Shown here piece by piece: positions 36,589 through 46,589 of a stretch of DNA of 64,000 nt. Source of the stretch: Candidatus Latescibacterota bacterium (GTDB taxonomy: Bacteria; Latescibacterota; UBA2968; UBA8231); assembly GCA_965217585.1 (NCBI GenBank), contig OZ244561.1, positions 6,720,001 through 6,784,000 of the forward strand, read 5' to 3'. The number at the start of each line of letters is the position of its first letter. The stretch's first letter is position 1. Under the pieces are notes generated by a model. The model had not been told where the DNA came from. It worked only from the letters and a program-made list of their open reading frames with translations, and did not search any database. The position numbers and the translations under genes are program-made.

Positions 36589-38649
36589 TTACCATTTGCT
36601 TTGCAAATGCAGGACGCTCATGCCGTAGACGATGAGGCGCGGAATGGTGAAGCGGACGTTTGATCCGCTCTTTTCGTGCTCGAGCGCAACCGGCTCTCGC
36701 ATCTCCGGATAGTGCCATTCAACCCGCTCTACCTGCAAGCCGTCGGGCATTTCACACTCTGCCTGGAGCGGCCCGACCGGAAGCGGTATTTCGATTGCGG
36801 CCTCCTCATCCTGCTGGTAGTTGATCCAGTGAATGACCACCGCGTCTACATCCTGTGGGTGCCATGCCCGCACCCGCACGAACCAAGGGGCATCGGTGAC
36901 CAGCCGGGGCCGGCCGACGAACTGTTCCAGCTCCAACAGAAACCGTTGACCGAAGGTATCGTCTTCGAGCTTGGGAAAAATCGGCATCTCTTGCGGGATT
37001 CCCTTGATCGGCATCGTCTCCGGAGTCCAGGGTCCGTCGGGAATGTACATCCCCCCTCCCATGCGGCCGGCGATCGATCCTGCGGCCGGCGATGCTCTCA
37101 GAGCTTGAAGCAGCGGCTCCTCGTGCGGCGACCCATCGACGTCGAGACGGCCACTATTGCCTGTAAACACCAGACGGCCTCCTGCGCGGACGAACGCTGC
37201 TATCCTCTCGCCTTCCGCCGCACCCAGTCTCTGTATTTCCGGTAAAACGAGAACATCGTAGTCACCGGCGCGCTCCATCAACTGCTCATCGAGGATGATG
37301 TCGAAGAACCAGTGGCCGTCCTCCAGATGTTGTCCGAGTCGCTTGAGCGCGTCGAGACAATCCATCTCCGCTTGCATCTCGGCTCTCTTGGGATAGACGA
37401 GGGCGATCTGAGACCACGGGGTCGCCGGGTGAAGCAGCTTTTCGTGGTGGAACATGAATCGCTGGTAGCGAATGACGGGGCCGTAATAATCCTCCGGCGC
37501 AACATTGACGCTTTCTTCCTGATCCAGGCGCGGTGGTCCGGCGTGAAAGGCCAGCGCCGTGCCGTGATGGGCCAGCGCCTCGGCAGCCCAGATGCGCCAG
37601 CGCTTGTAGTCGTACTTGTTTATGACGAAGGGTCTGCCACCCCCGGCGGCGTACATGAAACGGGATGGCAAACCCATGTCAGCGAGATACCCCTGAGCGA
37701 GCGAGCTGATCGCCTTGGATGGCCCCTGGCTGTACCAGATATAGTCCTCCCCCCTCGCCCACAACGCCTGCGGCAGCAGACAGCGCTCGTCGTGCGGTCG
37801 GAAATCGTATTTGTGATTCCACTGCGCTAGGAGCAGGTCCGGTTTGAGCGACCGCCCGTATTCAATGAAAACTTCGTCAAAGGACTCTTTGCGTTTCAGG
37901 TCGGACCCTTGGGCCAAGACGAACTGCAAACGGGCTGCCAGCTCTTCCGAGCAGTCGGAACTCGCCGTGAACACGTCGGGCACTTCCCCTAGGTCGGCGA
38001 TTCCGAAAATCCCCTGAATCTCCTCTGTGGTCAGTCGCGTGCCCAGAAAACGGCGCGCATAGTCGGAGCAGTATTGGCAGTGGCAGAGGGACTCGTAGTG
38101 ATGGGTGGCATTGAAGCCGTCGAGACCAAGCTCGATGCCCTTGTGCACCATCGCCTTAAGGACCGCCAACCACTTTGGATTGCTCATGCAGCCGCGATAG
38201 GTGCGATAGGGTCGGCCCGGTATGGTGCGCCACTTGAGCGATCCATCGGCATTGCGCTGCAGGCCCTCTTCAGCGGCAGCGCACGGCGGCGGGCCCAGCA
38301 GATCGTCGGTCCACATGCGCGCCCACTTCTCGCCGAACAGGCCGAGTCGCTTCTCGTGATCCCCGAAGTGCATGGTTGTCGACAACTGGCCGGTGACGAG
38401 TGCGCCGGCTTCCTGTATTTGAGGAATGACCTCGGCGGCCAAGTCCAGGTTGGCCTTCGCACTCCGCAAGGGCATGCCCGACCACGACGGTTCGATATTC
38501 TCATCGCCGACAAGCGAATAGAAATCGACTCCAAAGTTCCCCACCTGCACCAACTGGATCCTAGCTCGGCGCACGTGATCGACGACCTGAGACGCGGCGG
38601 GCAGGGTCCAATGCTCGATGATGCGGCTTATGCGGCGATGTGCATCCAT
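36589..38649 (-). CDS. Hypothetical glycoside-hydrolase-like protein with trimerisation/GATase-like C-terminal part
   Basis: GCMSNPKW, LDGF...CHCQYC; YDVLVLP...FVRAGGRLVFTG. Confidence 0.6.
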   Translation of the reverse strand: MDAHRRISRIIEHWTLPAASQVVDHVRRARIQLVQVGNFGVDFYSLVGDENIEPSWSGMPLRSAKANLDLAAEVIPQIQEAGALVTGQLSTTMHFGDHEKRLGLFGEKWARMWTDDLLGPPPCAAAEEGLQRNADGSLKWRTIPGRPYRTYRGCMSNPKWLAVLKAMVHKGIELGLDGFNATHHYESLCHCQYCSDYARRFLGTRLTTEEIQGIFGIADLGEVPDVFTASSDCSEELAARLQFVLAQGSDLKRKESFDEVFIEYGRSLKPDLLLAQWNHKYDFRPHDERCLLPQALWARGEDYIWYSQGPSKAISSLAQGYLADMGLPSRFMYAAGGGRPFVINKYDYKRWRIWAAEALAHHGTALAFHAGPPRLDQEESVNVAPEDYYGPVIRYQRFMFHHEKLLHPATPWSQIALVYPKRAEMQAEMDCLDALKRLGQHLEDGHWFFDIILDEQLMERAGDYDVLVLPEIQRLGAAEGERIAAFVRAGGRLVFTGNSGRLDVDGSPHEEPLLQALRASPAAGSIAGRMGGGMYIPDGPWTPETMPIKGIPQEMPIFPKLEDDTFGQRFLLELEQFVGRPRLVTDAPWFVRVRAWHPQDVDAVVIHWINYQQDEEAAIEIPLPVGPLQAECEMPDGLQVERVEWHYPEMREPVALEHEKSGSNVRFTIPRLIVYGMSVLHLQSKW

Positions 38650-38744
38650 TTTCCACCTCGCTTGATTTCACATTGAGATGCCCACAGTTTACGGTGCGCT
38701 CGACGATTCACAAAATGCTGCAATTGCCTTAGGGAGACAGGTAT

Positions 38745-39749
38745 ATGATTAAACTGGGTATGATCGGCTGTGGCGGCATGGGGGGTGCCCACATGCGGCG
38801 GTTTCACACCCTGAGTGATCGGGTCGCATTGGCCGCGGCGGTCGATGTTGTTGCCGAACGCGCAGCAGCCGTCGCGCAGCAATTTCCAGGAGCCTGTGTG
38901 GCGACGGACTATCGCGAGATTTTAGACTCGGTAGATGCCGTATTGCTCGCGCTACCCCACCATCTGCACTCTTCCGTCGGACAGGCGTGTCTCAATGCCG
39001 GCGTGCATGTCTTGCTCGAAAAACCCATGGCCAATGACGAAGTCGCCTGCCAAGAACTGATTGCGGCATCTGCAACCTCGGGTAAAGTGCTGATGATTGC
39101 TTATTGCATGCGCTTTCATCCAATTGTCCAGCGTCTGCAAGCATTGTTAGATGAAGGCGCGTACGGCGATGTATTTCAAGTGTCGATCTGGACCGAGCAA
39201 CTCACTCGCTATCCCTCCGATCACTGGGCTGCGAGCCAAGAGCGCTTGGGCGGGGGGCAGTTGTTTAGTCACGGCTGTCACTACATCGATTTGCTGCTCT
39301 GGTTTTTGGGGCGACCCGTGCGCGGCATACACATGGGCACCAATTTTGGTACGCCGTGGATGGAGCGCGAAGGCACCAGCAATGTGACGATGGAATTTGC
39401 CGATGGACGCCTGGGATATCACTTTGGCACCTGGGGGGCGCGGGGCACTCGGTTGCGTTACTCAATCCACGCGCATTGCACAGAAGGTTTGCTCGATGCC
39501 GATATCTCAGGCGGCAAACTCGTGCATATCCTACGCGGTCAAGAGCAAGTTTTGTGCGAAGCAGAGCCGGGCAAACACACGGAAAACGAGATGGCCCATT
39601 TCCTCGATTGCATTGCAACCGGGCAAACGCCGCTGACCGATGGCAAAAGCAGCTTGCAGGGCTTGCGCGTGATCTGGCAGCTATATGAAGCCGAGCAAGC
39701 AGGGCATATTGCAGATTTGACGGGCTTGGGTTTGGACGAGGCCGAATGA
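38745..39749 (+). CDS. Gfo/Idh/MocA family oxidoreductase
   Basis: IGCGGMG, HVLLEKPMA, GGGQLFSHGCHYIDL. Confidence 0.92.
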   Translation: MIKLGMIGCGGMGGAHMRRFHTLSDRVALAAAVDVVAERAAAVAQQFPGACVATDYREILDSVDAVLLALPHHLHSSVGQACLNAGVHVLLEKPMANDEVACQELIAASATSGKVLMIAYCMRFHPIVQRLQALLDEGAYGDVFQVSIWTEQLTRYPSDHWAASQERLGGGQLFSHGCHYIDLLLWFLGRPVRGIHMGTNFGTPWMEREGTSNVTMEFADGRLGYHFGTWGARGTRLRYSIHAHCTEGLLDADISGGKLVHILRGQEQVLCEAEPGKHTENEMAHFLDCIATGQTPLTDGKSSLQGLRVIWQLYEAEQAGHIADLTGLGLDEAE

Positions 39750-39758
39750 ATTAGACGC

Positions 39759-40826
39759 CTACGAACTGTATTGCTCAATCTTCGCTTCGTCTACTTCAAC
39801 GCCCAGTCCTGGCCCCAACGGCAAGCGGATTTTCCCATTTTCAAACTGCAACGGTTCAGCCAGCACATCATCCGTCAGGCCGTGATAGCAGGTGTCGTTC
39901 GGCCCGGAAAAATTGGGGGTTGCTGCCGCAATGTGCGTGATGGCGGCGGTCTTGAGTCCGAGGTCGTGCGAACAGTGCATCAGGCACGGCACGTCATACG
40001 CCTCGGCGACGGTAGCGACTTTCTTGACGCGTAGCATACCGCCCGCCGCCGGGGTGTCTGGCATCAGCATATCAGCAACCTCGTTGGCGAGCAGGGTCAC
40101 AACGGTGTCCGCCGTGCCAACGCCCATGTTCACCAAGATACCCATGCCGATTTCCGCGCGGAACCGGATCAGCGCGTCGAGGTACTCGGGCGAGCACGGG
40201 TCTTCAAAATAGCGAATCCCGAGGTCTTTCATTTTTCGCAGTGTGGCTTCTGCATCTTCGGGGGAATACCCGCTATTTGCGTCTGGGCGGAGTATGGCTT
40301 TGTCGCCCACAGCGGCCTGTATCGCCTCGGCAATCTGCAGGTCCTGTTCTGGGTCGTCCCCCGCTTTTGTTTTCAAGAAGCGAAACCCCCATCGGTCCAT
40401 GTACTCGCGGGCGGTTGCGGCAGACTCCGATGGTGCCTTGAGTCCCATGCAGGCGCAGAAGTCCACTTCCTCCCGCACCACGCCGCCGAGCAGTTTACAG
40501 ACCGGCAAATCCGCGCCCTTGCCCATGGCGTCCCAAAGTGCCATCTCAATACCAGACATCGGGCCTTTGCTGATGCCCCCTGCTTCCAGCGCTGTAATGG
40601 CCCCTTCGATGTTGGCCACATCTTTGCCAGCCAGAATTGCGTTTGGGTCCGTTTCAAACCTACCCGTTCCTTCGCCCCAACCCACTACATCCGTGTCTGT
40701 CTCAACTTTCACGATAAGTCCCGCTGCGCCCAAAGTGCCACTACTACCACCACGCCCAACGTAAGGTCCAACAGGCGCAGCGTATGGGATTGCGACGTTG
40801 GTTCCTGTGATTCGCTTGATTTTCAT
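39759..40826 (-). CDS. Mandelate racemase / muconate cycloisomerase family protein
   Basis: Start ATG 40826; VGWGE, IEMALWD..GK...PVCKLLGG, KTK, LRPDAN, FEDP, GPGLGVEVD. Confidence 0.88.
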   Translation of the reverse strand: MKIKRITGTNVAIPYAAPVGPYVGRGGSSGTLGAAGLIVKVETDTDVVGWGEGTGRFETDPNAILAGKDVANIEGAITALEAGGISKGPMSGIEMALWDAMGKGADLPVCKLLGGVVREEVDFCACMGLKAPSESAATAREYMDRWGFRFLKTKAGDDPEQDLQIAEAIQAAVGDKAILRPDANSGYSPEDAEATLRKMKDLGIRYFEDPCSPEYLDALIRFRAEIGMGILVNMGVGTADTVVTLLANEVADMLMPDTPAAGGMLRVKKVATVAEAYDVPCLMHCSHDLGLKTAAITHIAAATPNFSGPNDTCYHGLTDDVLAEPLQFENGKIRLPLGPGLGVEVDEAKIEQYSS

Positions 40827-41002
40827 TTTGGTACCTCTGAATGAGATTTGTGATTTCCACTTGGCGTAGCCTAACTCCCTTTGTGCCTTGTTGTCAATAT
40901 AATAGATAACGCGCCTTTGGCAGGCTGTTGACGAGTATGCGGGGGGCGTTACCTTACGGCAGGCTCGCAACCAACCTTCTTACGGAGGTCAATCCGCCGG
41001 TT

Positions 41003-41818
41003 ATGATGATCTCGGAAAAAGACAAAGAGACGTACGCCACGCAGGGGTTTCTCATTCTGCGGCAGGCCTTTGCGAAAACCCGCATCGAGGCGCTGCTCAA
41101 AGGGATCGAACGCCTGATTGACAAGGGGCTTGCGGGAGAGTGCGAGATAGGCTGGATCGACCGCGAGCGCCGTCTGCCGGGACGCACCGGCCACCTGCTC
41201 GACCCCGACAAGTACCACCCCGCCTTTGCCGACTGGATCGACGAGGATCTCGCACCTCATCTCGAGGCCCTGGTCTGCGGCCCGGGGGTGCGCCACAGCC
41301 TGTTCGGCATGCTCGCCAGCGGCGGAGAGAAGCCGTACACCCAGAAGTGGCACCGCGACCTCTGCCGACCGGGAGACGCGGAGGAAACCGCGTACTTGCG
41401 TCGGCACGAGGGCCGCTTCGTGCAGTTCAACACCCCGCTCGTTCCCGGAGACCGCTTCCTCCAAATCGTCCCCGAGAGTCACCGGCGGGCGTCGACGGCA
41501 GCGGAGATCGAAGCGTCCCGTAGCGAATCGGGGGAAATGCCGAACGCCCACATCGTCGACCTCGAACCGGGAGACATCGCCTACTACAACGCCAACCTCT
41601 GGCACCGGGGCTGGAACCCGGAGGGGCGCAAGCGCTGGACCATGCACTGCGCCTTCTGGAACGCTGGGGCGACGGTGATGGCTCACGAGTACGGACAGCG
41701 CAAGCAACTGACTCAGCAAGGGCATCTTGAGCAGATGCCCCCCGTTACGCGGAAGTACATCCAGAGATACCTCGACAACTATCCCGCAGGGAACCCGTCC
41801 TCCCTGTTCGACCTGTAG
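41003..41818 (+). CDS. PhyH-family dioxygenase
   Basis: WHRD, IVPESH, LEPGD..YYNANLWHRG. Confidence 0.85.
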   Translation: MMISEKDKETYATQGFLILRQAFAKTRIEALLKGIERLIDKGLAGECEIGWIDRERRLPGRTGHLLDPDKYHPAFADWIDEDLAPHLEALVCGPGVRHSLFGMLASGGEKPYTQKWHRDLCRPGDAEETAYLRRHEGRFVQFNTPLVPGDRFLQIVPESHRRASTAAEIEASRSESGEMPNAHIVDLEPGDIAYYNANLWHRGWNPEGRKRWTMHCAFWNAGATVMAHEYGQRKQLTQQGHLEQMPPVTRKYIQRYLDNYPAGNPSSLFDL

Positions 41819-41849
41819 CCATGCATAACTCGAAAGTCTTCGGAGATGA

Positions 41850-42797
41850 ATGGTGATGAACGCAAAATACGAATGGTCCTGCGTCACTGAAAAAGCTGCA
41901 TTCGCGGCTCGCGATGGCGCTGGCGCGCTAGTGTTCAAGGATAGAATGTGGCTGCTGGGCGGCTGGAATCCCGGGGATAAAGTCCACTTCCCGCTGATCT
42001 GCAACAGTGAGGTCTGGTCATCGGCCGATGGCATCGCCTGGACGCTTGAGAACCCTCATGCGCCCTGGGAGGGGCGGCATACGGCCGGATATGTGGTGCA
42101 TGACGGCCGGATGTGGATCGTCGGCGGCGATTGCAATCAAGGCCATTATCAGAACGATGTCTGGAGCAGTGCGGACGGCATTCATTGGGAGCTGGCGCAT
42201 GATAGCGTGCCGTGGGCTCCCCGAGCGCTCCATTATACCCTAACCTTCGACGGCCGGATCTGGGTGATGGGCGGGCAGACGCTGCCCGAATTTGCCGGCG
42301 CTGATGAGGTCTTCCACAACGATGTGTGGAGTTCGGAAGATGGGATTAACTGGACTCGGGTTATCGACAGCGCTCCGTGGGTGCCCAGAGGGATGATCGG
42401 GGGAGCCGTTGTGCACGACAACAGGATGTGGATTCTGGGTGGGGGCACATACGATACGCCTACAACTCCTATCCGCAAATTCTACAATGATGTGTGGAGT
42501 TCGGAAGATGGGGTGAATTGGGAACAGCACACGACTCACGCTCCGTGGACACCCAGGCAATACCACGAGGTGGCCGCGTTCGATGACCATATGTGGGTGT
42601 TAGAAGGCTATGCGGCAGAGAGCGGGAATCGCCGCGACGTGTGGTATTCACCCGATGGCGTGGACTGGACCGAATTGCCCGATACCCCCTGGGCACCCCG
42701 ACATGCCGGGAGCGTGTTCGTGTACGACGGGTCGCTGTGGATGGTGGCGGGGAATAATATGGAGCCGGATGCTTGGCGGCTTTCGCGCAAGGAATAG
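41850..42797 (+). CDS. Kelch / galactose-oxidase-like beta-propeller repeat protein
   Basis: Five to six repeats of APW.PR....V.D.RMW.LGG.....NDVWSS.DG..W. Confidence 0.82.
   Translation: MVMNAKYEWSCVTEKAAFAARDGAGALVFKDRMWLLGGWNPGDKVHFPLICNSEVWSSADGIAWTLENPHAPWEGRHTAGYVVHDGRMWIVGGDCNQGHYQNDVWSSADGIHWELAHDSVPWAPRALHYTLTFDGRIWVMGGQTLPEFAGADEVFHNDVWSSEDGINWTRVIDSAPWVPRGMIGGAVVHDNRMWILGGGTYDTPTTPIRKFYNDVWSSEDGVNWEQHTTHAPWTPRQYHEVAAFDDHMWVLEGYAAESGNRRDVWYSPDGVDWTELPDTPWAPRHAGSVFVYDGSLWMVAGNNMEPDAWRLSRKE
42679..42797 (+). repeat. Direct repeat B, copy 1 (3' end of the Kelch gene)
   Basis: Matches 45661-45772. Confidence 0.85.
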
Positions 42798-42804
42798 ATG
42801 TCTT

Positions 42805-43650
42805 ATGGACCGAAGAATGGCAGAATACCGCGCTCAAGGTTATACAGTATTCGAGGGGCTGTACGACGAAACCACCATGCAGACCTGGCGCGATGAGCAG
42901 GATCGGCTGCAAGCCCTCTCCACGAAGGGACCCGATGTACGAGAACCGACCACTTGGTTCGGCAATATGCTCGAACGAGCGCCGGAGCTGATGTGGCCAG
43001 CAGTGGCTCATCCAGTCATTCTCGACTTTGCCGAGCAGGTGGTGGGGCCTCTCGTGCAGCTCGACAACCTAACCTTAGCCGCCTTCCCCTCCATGGATCC
43101 AGAAGAAGCCGCCGGCAAGGCCAGTGCTTGGCACCGAGACCGCTGGGCTCGCATGCCCAGCGGCGCGTACGAACGCCCTCTGGCCTTTAATGCCATCTGC
43201 TATCTACAGGATCTGGACGACGAGTACGGCCCGCTCAGGGTGCTGCCCAGTTCTCACGTCGAACCCATTGCCTTAGCCGAGGAGGAGATCAGCAAGCCGC
43301 ACCAAGACGAGCTGTTGATCTACATGAAAGCCGGCGATGTGGTTTTGACCCACAATGGCCTGCTGCACTCGGGGACGCCCAATACCTCGGGACGCAAGCG
43401 CTACTTCTTCAGTGTGTACTACAATATCTCCTGGCTCAAACACACGGATACATTCACCGGTCCCAACGGCCAACAACTCATCAATTGGGCCCGGAGCCGA
43501 CAGGACCACCGGGCCCTGCGCCTGTTGGGTCAGGACGAGCACTTGCAAGGCCGCGCCAACAGCGGTTTCCTGCAGCCCGACGAAGTGTGCTGGCATCAGT
43601 GGACCCAAGCCGACCAGCGCGCTCTGGAAGAGGCCGCCAGACGGGAATAG
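42805..43650 (+). CDS. PhyH-family dioxygenase
   Basis: YRAQGYTVFEG, WHRD, YLQD, VLPSSH, AGDVVL.H..LLHSG.PN. Confidence 0.88.
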   Translation: MDRRMAEYRAQGYTVFEGLYDETTMQTWRDEQDRLQALSTKGPDVREPTTWFGNMLERAPELMWPAVAHPVILDFAEQVVGPLVQLDNLTLAAFPSMDPEEAAGKASAWHRDRWARMPSGAYERPLAFNAICYLQDLDDEYGPLRVLPSSHVEPIALAEEEISKPHQDELLIYMKAGDVVLTHNGLLHSGTPNTSGRKRYFFSVYYNISWLKHTDTFTGPNGQQLINWARSRQDHRALRLLGQDEHLQGRANSGFLQPDEVCWHQWTQADQRALEEAARRE

Positions 43651-43679
43651 TGCCCACGTGGACAGCGCGGCGGTTGTCG

Positions 43680-43945
43680 ACGAGAGCGGAAACGCGGCGG
43701 TGGAGTAGGAAGGAAATGTAATGTATAAGGAGCTTTGTAGGAGATCGGATCAAGCAGTGGCCATCATGGCGCTGGCACTTGGGATGACCATGTGAAGCCT
43801 TTCCCTCGCCGATCTCTTTCCCCCAGCCGTGGTCTGGTGGTCGGCCCCGGTCCTGCCCGGAGAGATCACCGTCCTGCACGGGGGGACTGAGGCGACGACC
43901 CCAAGGTGGAGGTGGCATTGATCCGCAACTCCGAGCCGGAAGAGG
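43680..43945 (+). pseudogene. Degenerate copy of the leader and 5' end of the beta-helix gene (11863-12129)
   Basis: Same RBS and start (ATG 43721); TGC>TGA at 43793, a 1-bp deletion and TGG>TGA further on. Confidence 0.85.
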
Positions 43946-44006
43946 TAGAGGATATAGTTGAACTGTCAGCGGATTTGGCTCGCCAGCCAATGCCCCTTCA
44001 TCTCCC

Positions 44007-45341
44007 TCATCTTGACGAGTACGTTTTAATCGCATTTCGGAAAGCAGCACCACAAAGCCATATCCAAACCAACCGAAAAATACCTATTACGCTCAATCCC
44101 ACCTCACCGAACAAAAACTCTCTCTTAAGGTTAGCATACGCACAATTGCCAAGAACATCCCTTAAGTTATCTGCATAAAGAAATATCTTGGCAGGTGTAT
44201 ATACACAGAAATCCCAATACTTCCCAGAAGACACCTCCTTTATCTCATCAAATTCGGCCCAAATGAATGGTATAGCATTGAGAAGAAAATATCCCAAAAG
44301 TAACAAACTAATAGGTCGAATCCAAGACGTATAAAAACGAGAAGATATCCAACGCCATCCCAATAAAAGCCAATCTTGCCACCCTCGCCAACTCTTATAC
44401 CACTTACTATTTTTTACTCCTGCATATTCAATTATAGAAATATAACTAGAGATAATATTTTCTTGTCCTATATCACCTCTCACATGTGCTAAATTTTTTA
44501 ATCTAACAAATAAATCCTTCATATCACGAAGTATTTCAATATATCTTTTGACATAACGAGTATTCAACCATCCCCATCCAATCTTTTCACTACGCTCAAA
44601 AGATATACTTAACAAATTATACTCATGAACATCATCATATTTTACAATCTTACCAAGATGACCAAATTTTCTACGGTCAACTAATTGATTCCACTTCAAA
44701 ATATCTATCTCATTACCGCCAACAAAATGGCAATTTATTGAGTACTCAAACGGGAAGGGGAAATCTAAATCTAATTCCCTAAATTTATTTCTCTTAAACT
44801 CCAAATAAATACATTTCATTTTATTACTATCATTACCATCATTTCTTCTAATAATAATATCGGTGAAATTATTTTGATCAAAAACTACACTACTCCCACT
44901 CGGAAAAGAAAACGAACATCCTCCTGTATTCTTATTCCCTACAAAATACAATGATTCTCTATGATAAGAATCATCAGATACAGGAAAAAATTTTATGCCA
45001 TCCTCATCAATATTGCTACTCATAAGAAAATGACAATTCTCGAAATGCAAATTCGCTGGCATACTTGAAAGTCCATATCTTACATCAACCTCACTATTAG
45101 AATGATTTTTATCACTATTATCAGTAATTTCGATTTCAAGATTTTTTAAATAAAATATTATAATATCCCAACCTCCCTTATCATCGAAACTAGTTGCAGA
45201 ATACCATTGAATGCACCCCTCCAATGCATTTCCCTCACTCTGCGTTCTCGCACTCTCTTCTACACCCTCAAAACACAAAATACGCGATAACTCATCACAA
45301 GACACCTTTTTTCTTTTCTTAACAGGTTTTTGTTTCAACAT
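44007..45341 (-). CDS. AT-rich hypothetical protein with C-terminal membrane segments
   Basis: 444-aa ORF, visibly far more AT-rich than its flanks; SRFYTSWIRP followed by hydrophobic helices. Confidence 0.65.
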   Translation of the reverse strand: MLKQKPVKKRKKVSCDELSRILCFEGVEESARTQSEGNALEGCIQWYSATSFDDKGGWDIIIFYLKNLEIEITDNSDKNHSNSEVDVRYGLSSMPANLHFENCHFLMSSNIDEDGIKFFPVSDDSYHRESLYFVGNKNTGGCSFSFPSGSSVVFDQNNFTDIIIRRNDGNDSNKMKCIYLEFKRNKFRELDLDFPFPFEYSINCHFVGGNEIDILKWNQLVDRRKFGHLGKIVKYDDVHEYNLLSISFERSEKIGWGWLNTRYVKRYIEILRDMKDLFVRLKNLAHVRGDIGQENIISSYISIIEYAGVKNSKWYKSWRGWQDWLLLGWRWISSRFYTSWIRPISLLLLGYFLLNAIPFIWAEFDEIKEVSSGKYWDFCVYTPAKIFLYADNLRDVLGNCAYANLKREFLFGEVGLSVIGIFRLVWIWLCGAAFRNAIKTYSSR

Positions 45342-45660
45342 ATCGTAATTCCCCTATGAAAAATACTGATAACACCCATCCTATAATCATGTGCTCAAAA
45401 CCGTGAAAACTGTGCCCCCAAATTTGGTGAACCACCCATTTGTGATGACTCACCGAGCCAAAAGCCTTATCTTCTAAACCAAAATACCGCCTCATGTAAA
45501 TGCACAATCAACTCCTCTCGCGCTCAGTCAATCCACCTCAACTCGCCTCTAGGAGCATCGGCAAAGACCGAAGTTCTTGTCTCAGAGTATCCAGAACATA
45601 ATCCAAGTCTTCAAGAGTTACAACGTCTAGAAGATTGCTATCGCCGGGTTCACCAAAAAC

Positions 45661-45772
45661 CCGATACCCCTACCCCGACATGCGGTGAGCGTGTTCGTGT
45701 ACGACGGGCCGTTGTGGGTGGTAGCGGGAAATAATATGGAGCCGGATGTCTGGGGCTTTCGCTAGGGAGTAG
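45661..45772 (+). repeat. Direct repeat B, copy 2 (degenerate 3' end of the Kelch gene)
   Basis: gagcgtgttcgtgtacgacggg...aataatatggagccggatg shared with copy 1; small deletions. Confidence 0.85.
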
Positions 45773-45826
45773 CGGGAATTTTTATAGCCGTTGCGATCAC
45801 GCATTGCGCATCGAGCTCAACTCAGC

Positions 45827-46195
45827 TTAAGACATCTCCAAGGCGCGCTTGACCGCTTTGGGGTCACGGGCGATTACGCGCAGGAGCGTACGGGCCGCCT
45901 GATCCGGCTGGTAGCGCCCCTGTTCCCAGTCTCGCACCGTCGCCAAAGAGAGCTGAAATGTAGTGGCGAATTCGCGCTGAGTTAAACGCAAGGCTTTGCG
46001 GATCGCCTTAGTGTCAGGAACGCGCTCGAATGCTTCGAGTTCCTCATCCGTCAAAGGCGGATTGTCGGGATCGGACAACGCGGCCTGCTCAATCTCCTCG
46101 TCACGCATGGAATCAAGACGTTGCGCCTGGGACTTGCTCAGACGCGGTAGGTTCTTTTCGTCCAGCCTAAATTTCGTGGTATTTTCTTCGCTCAT
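45827..46195 (-). CDS. Antitoxin with BrnA-like N-terminus and XRE HTH
   Basis: [45 protein letters not shown]. Confidence 0.82.
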   Translation of the reverse strand: MSEENTTKFRLDEKNLPRLSKSQAQRLDSMRDEEIEQAALSDPDNPPLTDEELEAFERVPDTKAIRKALRLTQREFATTFQLSLATVRDWEQGRYQPDQAARTLLRVIARDPKAVKRALEMS

Positions 46196-46436
46196 GACGC
46201 GTTGCTTTCCGGGCAGAGATGATTCGAGTTCGTGGAAAACGTTCTGTGTAGACTACGAGCAATACGCGATCATCGACCATGCCAATGACGCGACGGCGCA
46301 CTTCCTCCTCGTATTCTATCAGCTCCTCTTCTTCTAATCGGTAGGGATCGAGGAACACTCGCGCGGCGTATTCAAACGGAATCCCATGTTTGGCCAGATT
46401 CGTCGCCGCTTTGTTCTCATCCCATTCGAATTCCAT
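46167..46436 (-). CDS. brnT: BrnT family toxin (DUF497)
   Basis: [21 protein letters not shown]...[16 protein letters not shown]. Confidence 0.93.
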   Translation of the reverse strand: MEFEWDENKAATNLAKHGIPFEYAARVFLDPYRLEEEELIEYEEEVRRRVIGMVDDRVLLVVYTERFPRTRIISARKATRHERRKYHEI

Positions 46437-46446
46437 AAGACGAATA

Positions 46447-46461
46447 TACGGGATTCCCGTA
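46447..46461. promoter_or_regulatory. Palindromic operator of the brnT operon
   Basis: tacggga-t-tcccgta, 10 nt upstream of the brnT ATG. Confidence 0.6.
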
Positions 46462-46500
46462 GTTATATCAATGAAGGCTCGGGCTACCGACCCGGCCCTC

Positions 46501-46579
46501 GCCGGTTACCTTGACATCGGCGACGAGCGCTAGCTACTTTCCCTCCTGCACTCATAAGATTGTCCATGCCCTTCCAAAC
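46501..46579 (+). repeat. Repeat C copy: promoter, leader and first codons of the iron-ADH gene, now upstream of the acyltransferase
   Basis: TTGACA-N18-TACTTT...gattgtccATGCCCTTCCAAAC; 79 bp colinear with 47847-47925. Confidence 0.88.
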
Positions 46580-46589
46580 ATAGGACGCG

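Noticed and set aside
43793-43795. Cys>TGA in the beta-helix remnant as selenocysteine
   Set aside because: Followed by a frameshift and a Trp>TGA change, so this is pseudogene decay
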